Below, one piece after another: positions 47,761 to 57,563 of a DNA stretch of 64,000 nucleotides (position 1 is the stretch's first letter; the number at the start of each line of letters is the position of its first letter). The DNA is taken from positions 480-64,479 of the forward strand of contig CAMZNJ010000055.1 of assembly GCA_947313825.1 (NCBI GenBank). The letters are read 5' to 3'. A program made the position numbers and the translations under genes. Origin of the DNA: an uncultured Deferribacteraceae bacterium. Lineage in GTDB: Bacteria; Chrysiogenota; Deferribacteres; CAMZNJ01. Below the pieces are notes generated by a model that ran no database searches, was not told the DNA's origin, and was given only the letters and a program-made list of their open reading frames with translations.

Positions 47761-49260
47761 ATGGACATGGACATAGACATGGACAACAACCCAAACCGCA
47801 ACAAACAACAAAACAGCATGGAACAAAACCTCATCATCATGGTGTACTCTGTGTACTACCTTTCACGAAAAGTATTCCGATCACACCGCAAAGAACGACA
47901 CATATCCGAATACATCTGCGTTGCCCTGAAAAAGAAATACAACTCCATACCAAACAAAGACGACTTCATCATCGACCTCGTCAACAACATACAATCCCAA
48001 GGGATGACCGAAAAAGAACTACTCTCCAAACTACTCGAACTCACATTCGAAATGGGGGAACCACAACGCGAAAAAATACTCAGTATCGCCGAAAACCTCG
48101 TAACCTTTGCACACGGACAAGAACTCAACCGCATTCACGACGCCTTCAACATCGAACGAAAAATCTCATACCAAATAAAATCCTCAGTAATGAGTGGCAT
48201 CACTGAAAACGCCGGTATCCGTGGCATCATCATGGCAGCACTAACCGTAACTTTCACACTAATCGCCATCACCATGCCCGTTGTAGGGATACTACTCGAC
48301 GACGACGAGGCTATCCCAGCAGTAAGCCTCGTCCACGCCACAGGGAACACCACGGCGAACACCACAGACGAACAGGCACGCAACGCCATATACCCAGTGT
48401 TACAGCGTATCGAGTTCGATAAGTTCATCATCAACGGCGTTCTGTCCCAAGACAATATTGCCTCAGCAACAACCAACAGCTCTGTTTACAATATTCAAGG
48501 CTATGCGGACATATCCATCGACCTGCACGAGTTTAGCTACCTCAACTCAGTCGTATCCCACAAATCAGACCTCAACCTAGTCCCATTTCGCATCAAAGTT
48601 ACCATCGATAACACAACCCTTACCAGAGTGGGTTTCGCCCAAAGCTACATCGAGCCCAATACGGGGAAAACAGTAAGCTCCCTGCCCCTGCAAACCTTTA
48701 GCACACCCGATGGTTGGCTTCGGCTACAACCCAAAAGGTTGCGTACACAGACCACAGAAGAGACGCAAAACAGTACCGCTGACACACCCGACACACCCGA
48801 CACACCCGACACACCCGACACCAAAAACATTAGCAATATACAGTACACCTCTACTAGCTCCTTGTTCTATCAGATTAGCGACCATTCAAAAATTATTCAC
48901 TACCTCGCACCAGTACCAAACACAGCCAACACAGCCAACACAGCCAACACAGCCACGAACACCACTGCAAACGTAAACACATCCAACACTACCGAACAAA
49001 GCACCATCCTTGCCACCCCCTCTACCTCTGCCATAAACTACCTTGTCGTTAATACAGTTTTGTCGTCCGATACAGTTGCCGCATCCGAGTACGGTGCAAG
49101 CCTCGCAATCGACGTCAACAGGCTCAACGAACAGATAGCCATTAGCCTACTGTCGGACAAGCAGATTTACAGCACCATGGTTGATACTTTAAGGGTATTT
49201 TTGTACACTGAGTATGCTCGCAACGGGCTCTATGTCGGAACCATAAGCCTAAACCCTTAA
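47761..49260 (+). CDS. Hypothetical bitopic membrane protein (~150-aa cytoplasmic N-domain, one TM, ~330-aa extracytoplasmic domain with TPDT and NTA repeats)
   Basis: An AAGGAG ribosome-binding site lies 11 nt before the ATG at 47761. The N-terminus is MDMDIDMD. The TM segment is GIIMAALTVTFTLIAITMPVVGILL. No recognisable domain was found. Confidence 0.6.
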   Translation: MDMDIDMDNNPNRNKQQNSMEQNLIIMVYSVYYLSRKVFRSHRKERHISEYICVALKKKYNSIPNKDDFIIDLVNNIQSQGMTEKELLSKLLELTFEMGEPQREKILSIAENLVTFAHGQELNRIHDAFNIERKISYQIKSSVMSGITENAGIRGIIMAALTVTFTLIAITMPVVGILLDDDEAIPAVSLVHATGNTTANTTDEQARNAIYPVLQRIEFDKFIINGVLSQDNIASATTNSSVYNIQGYADISIDLHEFSYLNSVVSHKSDLNLVPFRIKVTIDNTTLTRVGFAQSYIEPNTGKTVSSLPLQTFSTPDGWLRLQPKRLRTQTTEETQNSTADTPDTPDTPDTPDTKNISNIQYTSTSSLFYQISDHSKIIHYLAPVPNTANTANTANTATNTTANVNTSNTTEQSTILATPSTSAINYLVVNTVLSSDTVAASEYGASLAIDVNRLNEQIAISLLSDKQIYSTMVDTLRVFLYTEYARNGLYVGTISLNP

Positions 49261-49289
49261 CAACCCCTTGCAACACGGAGACACTTACT

Positions 49290-50873
49290 ATGACGCAACT
49301 AATCTTACGAAAACTATCCTCACCAGTGCTACTTATTTCAGCGTTTGCACTCATGGTTGCCCTATCCTTGCCCCTACAGCAACGTTTGCGTAGTATTCCG
49401 TCCATGTCCCCCATCAATGGCAGTATTCAAAACATGTACAATCAATCTGAGCTCACCCTCGCCCTTACCCAAGTTGATCTGTACCTCGACATCCCCCGCG
49501 TATCACGCATCACACCCTACCTCGTTACCGCCAAAATCGCCACCAAAGGCATTAGCACTCACTACATCACAAATAAAACCGATTCTGAAGCCCCCAAAGA
49601 GCTCGTCATGGTAATACCGCCACCCATCATCAGCGTACTCCCCACCGATAATAGCAATGCCTTCACCATCCGCGAAAGCAACGCCAGTGTTGCCTACCGC
49701 AAAGGGTTATCCGACTTCGGACTCATCTATGCAAAACGCAAAGCCTTGCAAGAAGGGTTACTGGAGCAAGCAAACAGCTACTTGCAAAAACTTGCCACTG
49801 AATCAGAAAAATACAGCAACACCGTAATCCACATCGACACAGACTCATGGGAGACACCCCTGCCTCCTGCAATAAATATCACGGGAACACGCTTCAGCCT
49901 CTACCCCGATCGCAACAGCAACCTCTCCTACAACACCAACTACACCTCCGACAAACTCTCATACTACTTTGCAAATATCACAGACAACACCACCAGCTCC
50001 ACCCTCACCATGTCCCTCTACGACATAGACATAGACATAGACATGGACATGGACACGGACATAGACAAGGCGAACACAGAAACAAACAACACCCCATGGA
50101 CACACAATACTCTACGCACATACGACGGCAAAAACATGATAAGCATATCCTTTACCCCCACAGGGTTTAACGCAATGATAAAGGACGATACCAGAACATA
50201 CCTCCTTGCCGCACAATCCCCCTCCCCCAGCGATTTTTCCAGCTTCCTACCCGTCGCCCTCAACACCATATCTTCTTTGCGAATTAACACCAACCAAACC
50301 AATATCCAAGAAAGTTGTACAGATATTTTTCAAAATAATATTGACGCGTGGTTGAACTCAGACGCGATAAGCATTAACGATTACGTCAAAGGGCTGTTGC
50401 TTTCCAAGTACTTTAATCCCGATAAAATATTTCAAACCGTTGACATTCAGAACACAACAGTGCTATATGATAGTAAAACCTTGGACGAATACCAAGGGAA
50501 CATACGACAACTCACCATACGATTACAAAATATCGGTCAATCCAACGCCCTAACACAGCAGACAGCAAATTTTGCACTTTACAGCAAGAATGCCTTGGCA
50601 AACAACGAAGATATCTATATACTGTTTTTAAAAACAAGGGCTTACGTTTACGTTTACGACAACTCTGGTAATAATATTCTAAATAAAACTATGAACTTTT
50701 ACCAGCTCCCGAACAACTATAAGGTAGTTATTGATAACCAGTCCTCGTGTTCTAGCGGTCGACTCTACAAACACGAAGACGACATGTTCTGCTTTAGCAA
50801 AACATATGTGGCAGACTTTATCGACAAGCTCATCAATGACTCCTTTGTTGCTCTATTTAAATGTGGGTTATAA
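49290..50873 (+). CDS. Hypothetical secreted/envelope protein (signal peptide or TM anchor, 527 aa, internal DIDIDIDMDMDTDID repeat)
   Basis: A GGAGA ribosome-binding site is present. The N-terminal hydrophobic segment is VLLISAFALMVALSLP. The gene lies 38 nt upstream of the ECF sigma gene on the same strand. Confidence 0.6.
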   Translation: MTQLILRKLSSPVLLISAFALMVALSLPLQQRLRSIPSMSPINGSIQNMYNQSELTLALTQVDLYLDIPRVSRITPYLVTAKIATKGISTHYITNKTDSEAPKELVMVIPPPIISVLPTDNSNAFTIRESNASVAYRKGLSDFGLIYAKRKALQEGLLEQANSYLQKLATESEKYSNTVIHIDTDSWETPLPPAINITGTRFSLYPDRNSNLSYNTNYTSDKLSYYFANITDNTTSSTLTMSLYDIDIDIDMDMDTDIDKANTETNNTPWTHNTLRTYDGKNMISISFTPTGFNAMIKDDTRTYLLAAQSPSPSDFSSFLPVALNTISSLRINTNQTNIQESCTDIFQNNIDAWLNSDAISINDYVKGLLLSKYFNPDKIFQTVDIQNTTVLYDSKTLDEYQGNIRQLTIRLQNIGQSNALTQQTANFALYSKNALANNEDIYILFLKTRAYVYVYDNSGNNILNKTMNFYQLPNNYKVVIDNQSSCSSGRLYKHEDDMFCFSKTYVADFIDKLINDSFVALFKCGL

Positions 50874-50910
50874 AAAACCACACCTACTCAAAAAGGGGTT
50901 CACAGGGGTT

Positions 50911-51504
50911 ATGATTCCAGATAATACTGGTGATAAAGCTATCATCGATAAGGTTTTGAGTGGATCAACAAACGATTTTGAGGCACTTGTTTTAAAGTAT
51001 CAAAATCCTTTGCTAGCATTAGTAATGCGAATCACTCGCAATGAAGATGCGTCCAAGGACATTGTGCAGAATAGTTTCGTGGCAGCCTACATCAACCTGA
51101 GGTCCCTCAAAGACCCAAACAGCTTTTACCCATGGTTGAGACGAGTTGCCATCAATAACTCATACTCGTACTTCAGAACCGTCAAACACCAATACTCTTT
51201 CGCCGACGGTGAACATCACGACAACGTCATAAACAGCATTGTCGCAGAGAAAAACCCCGAAGATATTCAAGCAAACACCGACGTGTCCGAAATACTAGAA
51301 GCTATTTACAACACTCTCCCCGAACGGTTGCAAACAGTTTACTACTTACGCGAGGTGGAGGGGTTGTCGTACGAAGAGATAGCCGAAGCACTGTATATCC
51401 CCGTTGGTACGGTGCGTAGCAGGCTGTTCAACGCTAGACGTATTTTTAAAGATAAACTAATAAAAAAAGGAGTTATTTCAGATGCAGCCACCTCGATTAA
51501 GTAG
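50911..51504 (+). CDS. RNA polymerase ECF-type sigma-70 factor
   Basis: Region 2 is DIVQNSFVAAYINL. Region 4 is LPERLQTVYYLREVEGLSYEEIAEALYIPVGTVRSRL. The ATG at 50911 (AGGGG ribosome-binding site) is preferred over the 50731 start, which would overlap the previous gene. Confidence 0.85.
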   Translation: MIPDNTGDKAIIDKVLSGSTNDFEALVLKYQNPLLALVMRITRNEDASKDIVQNSFVAAYINLRSLKDPNSFYPWLRRVAINNSYSYFRTVKHQYSFADGEHHDNVINSIVAEKNPEDIQANTDVSEILEAIYNTLPERLQTVYYLREVEGLSYEEIAEALYIPVGTVRSRLFNARRIFKDKLIKKGVISDAATSIK

Positions 51505-52033
51505 CTGTGAAGAGTACAAACACAACATCTCTACACTCATGGACGACGCATTGACTCAACAGGATGAGGAATCACTGATGCAACACACACAGAGCTGTTC
51601 CCACTGCTTTTCAGAGCTCCAAGCACAAAAACAAATATGTAGTCTCGTGCGTTCTAATATCCATTTCCTTGCCGCAAACCCCATGTCCCAAGAAGAAGGC
51701 ACCTCCATGGCAAGCTCCATTATGGCTCGAATAGCACAGCAAGATAAGGTTATGGACGACTATCGCAAACACCCAGCTAATCACCTTGGCAGACTTAACC
51801 CTAGCCATAACGCCACACAAGGCAACAACAACAATAGCGACAACAGTACCTCTCACCCAAAATATGAATTTCTTTTTAACCCTCGCCCACTAATCATTAC
51901 CTCTGCGGCGAGCCTTTTATTACTTGTGGGGAGCAGTACCAGCATGCTCTACTCGTTCTCCAGCATACAGCACGAGTCTTTAAACGACGGGTCATTGGTT
52001 ATCATGGTGTCGGATATTGATATTGAAAAGTAG
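51482..52033 (+). CDS. Anti-sigma factor, zf-HC2 type, single-pass membrane protein
   Basis: The HTQSCSHCFSEL motif is of the HxxxCxxC type. The TM segment is LIITSAASLLLLVGSS. The gene overlaps the end of the sigma gene. Confidence 0.7.
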   Translation: MQPPRLSSCEEYKHNISTLMDDALTQQDEESLMQHTQSCSHCFSELQAQKQICSLVRSNIHFLAANPMSQEEGTSMASSIMARIAQQDKVMDDYRKHPANHLGRLNPSHNATQGNNNNSDNSTSHPKYEFLFNPRPLIITSAASLLLLVGSSTSMLYSFSSIQHESLNDGSLVIMVSDIDIEK

Positions 52034-52083
52034 GCTAGTCAACAGCTACTAGTCAACAGCTACTAGTCAACAACCGTTGACCC
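52034..52083. repeat. Tandem repeat (TAGTCAACAGCTAC x3) ending in the palindrome GTCAAC-AACC-GTTGAC, immediately after the anti-sigma stop
   Basis: Read directly from the sequence. Confidence 0.8.
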
Positions 52084-52154
52084 TCGCCCATATTGCCCCA
52101 TACAGCTTCACATTGCCACACCCTTTGTGCCCACGATAATTATTCCCCCATGTC

Positions 52155-52182
52155 TTGCATTTTCCCTTCAGTTTTGTATAAT
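52155..52182 (+). promoter_or_regulatory. Near-consensus sigma70 promoter (-35 TTGCAT, 16-bp spacer, -10 TATAAT) upstream of htrA
   Basis: Read directly: TTGCAT at 52155-52160 and TATAAT at 52177-52182. Confidence 0.45.
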
Positions 52183-52221
52183 AAACCGCACCCTATTTTT
52201 CACTCAGGAGGATATATCACA

Positions 52222-53784
52222 ATGCACACAAACACAAAACCCCCATTGCGTATTCAATACCTTGCGATCCCCATACTTTTAGCCCTAGCCATTATTGTTT
52301 TAGTGGCACTCCAAGGATGCAGTGCCCCGAAACAAACCTCAACAACCACCGACAACCAAAACTCAAATACAGATACACCCACCCTTAACATAGATAACGG
52401 CAACAACGCCCAAGCTAATGTTAACGCTAACACCCCGTACCCTAATTTCGTGGAGATTATCAACAGAACCCGCAACGGCACCGTAAACATCGTCGTAACG
52501 CAAATCGTGGAGCAACAAACCATGTCGAGCCTCTTCGACGGCGTTCCTAACGATTTTTTCGGCGAATTCTTCGGTGAATTCTTCCAACAACCACCCTTCC
52601 CCCAACACCCACAAACACCGCAACCACGCCAATCTCAGTCCCAAGGTTCAGGGTTTGTCATCAACCAAGATGGTTACATCGTTACCAACAACCATGTTGT
52701 GGACAACCAAACTAGCATCGTCGTAACCCTATCCAGCGGCAACGCATACAACGCCACACTCATCGGAACAGACCCCCTCACCGACCTTGCCCTCATCAAA
52801 ATTGAAGCCAACGAAACCCTTACGCCACTACCCCTAGGAGACTCTGACGCCACTAATATCGGCGAATGGGTACTGGCAATCGGCTCACCTTACGGACTCG
52901 ACGCCACTGTTACCGCTGGAATCATCTCCGCAAAGGACAGAAGCATACAAAGCGGACCATTCGACAGCTTCCTGCAAACAGATGCCTCCATCAACCCCGG
53001 TAACTCTGGCGGTCCACTAATCAACATGGCAGGCGAGGTCATCGGCATCAACACCGCAATATTTCGAAGTGCACACGGACTCGGCTTCTCCATACCCATC
53101 AACACGTTCACAACACTAATGCCACAACTACTCAATAACTCTGTTGTACACGGCTGGATAGGTGTTACACTGCAGGAGCTCACCCCCGAACTATCAGCCT
53201 CGTTCAACGTGCCTGAAGGGTACAACAACGCAATTGTTATCGCTGATGTAGTGCCCGGCGATCCCGCTGACAAAAGTGGACTACTACCCGGCGACGTTAT
53301 CCTCGATGTCAACAAAATGCCCGTGAACGGCTTCAGAGGCTTTGCACAAACCGTGGGAAGCACCAAACCGGGCAAAACTGTTGCACTCGGAATACTACGA
53401 AACAACAAACGGATAACAATCAAAGTAACTGTGGGCGAACGACCCGAAACCGCTGGACGAAAAAACAATAACAACAACCCAAACAACAACCAAAACCAAA
53501 ACTCCACAACCGTGGACGGTATATCGGTACAAAATATCGATAACAAAACTGCCGTGGAATACGACGTTAAATACGGCGTTGGCGTATGGGGTGTTGAAGC
53601 CGAATCAAACGCAAGCAGTGTCGGACTAAAAGCAGGGGTAATCATCATGGATATTAATGGCACGAAGATAACCTCTGTTGCAGACTTCAAAGCTGTTTAC
53701 TCCAAAATTAAATCTGGCGATACGGTCAACATGCGTGTTGCCACACCTAGGGGCAAAACCTACATCGCCTACAACAAAGACTAG
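52222..53784 (+). CDS. htrA: Periplasmic serine endoprotease DegP/HtrA family with two PDZ domains
   Basis: An AGGAGG ribosome-binding site is present. The trypsin-like triad region includes GNSGGPLIN, and two C-terminal PDZ-like segments follow. Confidence 0.85.
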   Translation: MHTNTKPPLRIQYLAIPILLALAIIVLVALQGCSAPKQTSTTTDNQNSNTDTPTLNIDNGNNAQANVNANTPYPNFVEIINRTRNGTVNIVVTQIVEQQTMSSLFDGVPNDFFGEFFGEFFQQPPFPQHPQTPQPRQSQSQGSGFVINQDGYIVTNNHVVDNQTSIVVTLSSGNAYNATLIGTDPLTDLALIKIEANETLTPLPLGDSDATNIGEWVLAIGSPYGLDATVTAGIISAKDRSIQSGPFDSFLQTDASINPGNSGGPLINMAGEVIGINTAIFRSAHGLGFSIPINTFTTLMPQLLNNSVVHGWIGVTLQELTPELSASFNVPEGYNNAIVIADVVPGDPADKSGLLPGDVILDVNKMPVNGFRGFAQTVGSTKPGKTVALGILRNNKRITIKVTVGERPETAGRKNNNNNPNNNQNQNSTTVDGISVQNIDNKTAVEYDVKYGVGVWGVEAESNASSVGLKAGVIIMDINGTKITSVADFKAVYSKIKSGDTVNMRVATPRGKTYIAYNKD

Positions 53785-53886
53785 CAACAACTAGTCAACA
53801 CTACTGTGGCAGTACCTTTTACCGGGCACTGCCACACACCTAAACACACAGCCAAGTACACAGCCCGACTTACGGGGAGAACACAT

Positions 53887-55578
53887 ATGACAGCACGCCA
53901 ACGCCAACAACAACCCAAACACAAACTCCCCATGCTCTCCACAGTTGCACTTGCTGTTCTCACACTAACCATGCTCCCCCTAATTGTAGGTGCGTGCACC
54001 AAAACCAACAACACAACAACCAAAAACTACAGTACTGAAACCCTAAATATTCGCATCCCACAAGATATGGACACCCTCGATCCCCACAAAGCCTCGTCCG
54101 CAGGCACCAAAGAGGTGATGTTCAACGTTTTTCGCGGACTACTTACGCCAACACCCGACGGCACCCTCGTGGGGGGTATTGCCAGCAACTATAGCGTCAA
54201 CAACAACCGCACACAGTACACATTCCACATTCGACCTAATGTTCTGTTTCACAACGGCAACCCCGTGGAGTCCAAAGATGTTGTCTACAGTTACCGCAGG
54301 CTAATGGGCAGTATCGACCCTAGCATACGTTATAAATCCCTTGATATTGTAACCGGCGTGGAGGCGATCAACACCACCACCGTACGCTTTACCCTATCTG
54401 AGTCCAACAACTCCATCTTAACCGAGTTTACCCGTGCCATTATCCCCGAAAATAGTGGCGATACCATCGGAACCAACCCCATCGGAACAGGACCCTATCG
54501 CTTGCAGAACTACTCCCCAACACAGTTCATTGCCATGGAAGCATTCCCACAGTTTTACCTCGGCGAAGCTCCCATCAAAAACGTTACTTTCCGAATCATC
54601 CCCCACATAACAACCACCATACTTGCCGCCAACAGCCAAAGTAGCAACAGCCTCGACATTATCCCCGACCTACCGTACAACAACTTCGCAATGCTAAACA
54701 TGTCAAACTTCAACAACATTGCCGAAAACCTCAACCTTGTGCAAATACTCGCATACAACCACACGTACGCACCCCTTGCCAACAAAGACGTTCGCATCGC
54801 CATCAGCCAAGCAATCAACAAAACCCGCATCATCGACCTACTCACAAACTCTGAAGGCACCCCCCTAGAATCACACATGACGCCACTCATGGGGGCATAC
54901 TACAACAACTCCATCGCCACACCATACCCATACAACGAAACTGAAGCACTACTCAGCCTCAAACGCTCACCCTACAAAAACGGCTTCAACCTCACAATAA
55001 CTGTCCCCTCCAACTACCAACTACACGTGGACACAGCCGTACTAATCGCCGAAAACCTCAACACAATCGGCATCAACACTACTATCAAAACCGTGGAATG
55101 GGGGGTATGGCTCAACGATGTTTACAAATCGGCAAACTATGAGGCAACCGTTGTGGGCTTTGCAGGGAAACTGGACCCATACCAAACCCTACGCCGATAC
55201 TCATCAACCTACAGCAACAACTTCTTCCACTACAACAACGCTACTTTTGACCAATTAATCAACACCGCACTGCGTGGGAATACCTCCCAAAGCGAAAAAG
55301 CATACCGCGATGCCCAAGGTGTTTTGGCTGAGGATTTAGCCGCATACTTTATCATGGATCCAGCGGTGCACACAGCAGTGCGAAAGGGTATCGCTGGCTG
55401 GACAACCTACCCCATTAGCGTAATCGACGTGTACGCACTCTACAACACCAATGCCATACTCCAAGGATCAAACAGAACCATCACCAACACCAACAGTAAA
55501 ACCTCCAACACCCCTGATGATGCCAACAGCAGTATCGACAACGGGAACCCGCGGGAACCCTCGGGAACCCGCACCTAA
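53887..55578 (+). CDS. ABC transporter substrate-binding lipoprotein, family 5 (oligopeptide/dipeptide/nickel)
   Basis: A signal peptide with LIVGAC lipobox is followed by an SBP_bac_5-like sequence. The C-terminal tail contains a GGGAACCC x3 nucleotide repeat. Confidence 0.8.
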   Translation: MTARQRQQQPKHKLPMLSTVALAVLTLTMLPLIVGACTKTNNTTTKNYSTETLNIRIPQDMDTLDPHKASSAGTKEVMFNVFRGLLTPTPDGTLVGGIASNYSVNNNRTQYTFHIRPNVLFHNGNPVESKDVVYSYRRLMGSIDPSIRYKSLDIVTGVEAINTTTVRFTLSESNNSILTEFTRAIIPENSGDTIGTNPIGTGPYRLQNYSPTQFIAMEAFPQFYLGEAPIKNVTFRIIPHITTTILAANSQSSNSLDIIPDLPYNNFAMLNMSNFNNIAENLNLVQILAYNHTYAPLANKDVRIAISQAINKTRIIDLLTNSEGTPLESHMTPLMGAYYNNSIATPYPYNETEALLSLKRSPYKNGFNLTITVPSNYQLHVDTAVLIAENLNTIGINTTIKTVEWGVWLNDVYKSANYEATVVGFAGKLDPYQTLRRYSSTYSNNFFHYNNATFDQLINTALRGNTSQSEKAYRDAQGVLAEDLAAYFIMDPAVHTAVRKGIAGWTTYPISVIDVYALYNTNAILQGSNRTITNTNSKTSNTPDDANSSIDNGNPREPSGTRT

Positions 55579-55706
55579 TGGCTAGAGTGGGCACAGTGGC
55601 TAGCCCCATCGGGGGCACACGCCCTGCACACACCGTCGCACACACATTCCACACATTGGCACAAAATAATAACACTTCCCGTAACTTCTGATGTATAATA
55701 CTTACC

Positions 55707-56708
55707 ATGTCTACCCCTACCATACGAATCATAACTAAACTTGTGAAAAACACTCTGGATGCCTTACTGCTACTCCTTGGCGTCAGTGTTGTTGTGTTTT
55801 CGCTCTTGTATCTAACCCCCGGTAATGCCTTGCTCATTCAGGTTGGTGTTGGATCAGATCGTGCCCTCACCGAGTCGTATCAGGCACTGTTTTCCCTCAA
55901 TACTTCACCTGTCATACAGTATTTTGAGTGGTTGCAAGGTCTGTTGCGAGGTAATTTCGGCGTTTCGTACGTTTACCATGCCCCTGTTTTCACCATTGTT
56001 CTCCATGCCTTAGGTGTTACAGCCGCAATTGCTAGTGTTGCAATGATTATTGCTGTTGGCGTATCCTTGCCCCTCGGTCTTTACCTTGGGGGGAGCGGTT
56101 CACAGGTGTTACGTGCTCCCCTTAGTGGTATTATTACCCTTGGCGTGGCTGTTCCGCAATTTTTATGGGGCATACTCCTTCTTTACTTATTCGGCAACGT
56201 GTTTTCCGCTTTTGTACCAGGTGTGTACGCCCCCCTGAGCAGCATTCTCCCCATGGCAATGGCAGGAAGCAGCGGGAACAACGCCATCCCCGCACTAGCA
56301 TACCTCTTAGCACCCGCATTGGCACTCGCCCTGCCCGCCATAGCAATACTCAGCCGGTACACCTACAACTCTGTTCGCGAACTAAACGCACAACCCTTCA
56401 TGCTCGCACTACAGTGTCGTGGCATCGGCGGTTGGCAACTCTTACGTCGCCATACCCTACGCAACCTCCTTGTGGGGTACACCTCGTTCAGTGGCATCCT
56501 CCTCATCGATCTCCTTGCAGGGTCAGTGCTCGTTGAGTACATCTTCAACATTCCGGGGCTAGGCAACACACTCGTTACAGGTATTCATCAGCGAGACACC
56601 CTTCTTGTGCAAGGTGCTGTGCTGTATGTTGCGTTTCTGGTGGTGGTCATCAACAAAATCACCGACGGACTCTACTACATACTCAACCCCAAGCTAAGGA
56701 GAGCCTAA
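55707..56708 (+). CDS. ABC transporter permease (DppB/OppB-like)
   Basis: A six-TM type-I permease following the family 5 binding-protein gene. Confidence 0.85.
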   Translation: MSTPTIRIITKLVKNTLDALLLLLGVSVVVFSLLYLTPGNALLIQVGVGSDRALTESYQALFSLNTSPVIQYFEWLQGLLRGNFGVSYVYHAPVFTIVLHALGVTAAIASVAMIIAVGVSLPLGLYLGGSGSQVLRAPLSGIITLGVAVPQFLWGILLLYLFGNVFSAFVPGVYAPLSSILPMAMAGSSGNNAIPALAYLLAPALALALPAIAILSRYTYNSVRELNAQPFMLALQCRGIGGWQLLRRHTLRNLLVGYTSFSGILLIDLLAGSVLVEYIFNIPGLGNTLVTGIHQRDTLLVQGAVLYVAFLVVVINKITDGLYYILNPKLRRA

Positions 56709-57563
56709 ATGCACCACAGCCAAGAATCAGCACACTTACCACCACTCACCCTCGCGTTAGGCATCATCCTTGCAGGCATACCCCTAGCCATGGGACTAAT
56801 CTCACTGCTCTACACACCATTCGAACCCAACCTCATCATCGCAAACGCCGTTTCAGCACCCATAACGCCTACGCACCCCCTTGGAGGCGACTACCTCGGA
56901 CGAGATACACTCAGCAGACTCATGACTGGAGCACGCATCACAATCACGATGGCAACAATGGCAATAACTACTGCAACCATTACCGCTTTTGCCCTCAGTG
57001 CAACATCCGTGGCAGCACTCAACACGCCAACACCATCACGCACAGGACAACTTACACACAAAACAATCACCTTCCTCACAAACACACTAATGGGAATACC
57101 ATCCCTACTACTAGCACTAGCTGTGGTATCTATCCTAGGGGGAGGAATCGCAAACACAACCATCGCCATAACCATCATGCTCGTACCGGGGCTCACAAGA
57201 GTAATGCAGGCAGCTCTAATACAGGTGTACGCTGAAGACTACATCAAAGTAGCCAAAACTTGGGGAGTCAGCAACATCAACATCGCACTCAAACACGCCC
57301 TGCCAAACGCGGCACCAAGCATCATCGTCGCAATACCAATCTACATGAGTGCAGCCATACTCGTCGAAGCAGGACTCAGCTACCTCGGACTCGGCGTAGC
57401 ACCACCAACACCAAGCTGGGGAATAATGCTCAACCAATCAATACCACACATCAACGCACAACCCATGGCAGCCATCGCACCCGCAACAATGATAATCTTC
57501 ACAATACTAGGGCTAAACCTGATTAGCGACGGACTAAACCAAAAACTCAGGGGTAAAAAATGA
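56709..57563 (+). CDS. ABC transporter permease (DppC/OppC-like)
   Basis: A type-I permease with an AAGGAG ribosome-binding site. Confidence 0.85.
   Translation: MHHSQESAHLPPLTLALGIILAGIPLAMGLISLLYTPFEPNLIIANAVSAPITPTHPLGGDYLGRDTLSRLMTGARITITMATMAITTATITAFALSATSVAALNTPTPSRTGQLTHKTITFLTNTLMGIPSLLLALAVVSILGGGIANTTIAITIMLVPGLTRVMQAALIQVYAEDYIKVAKTWGVSNINIALKHALPNAAPSIIVAIPIYMSAAILVEAGLSYLGLGVAPPTPSWGIMLNQSIPHINAQPMAAIAPATMIIFTILGLNLISDGLNQKLRGKK

Noticed and set aside
50731-50910. Longer start for the ECF sigma gene at 50731
   Set aside because: It would overlap the preceding gene (49290..50873) by 143 nt. The ATG at 50911 has an AGGGG ribosome-binding site, and sigma-70 region 2 begins about 25 aa after it.
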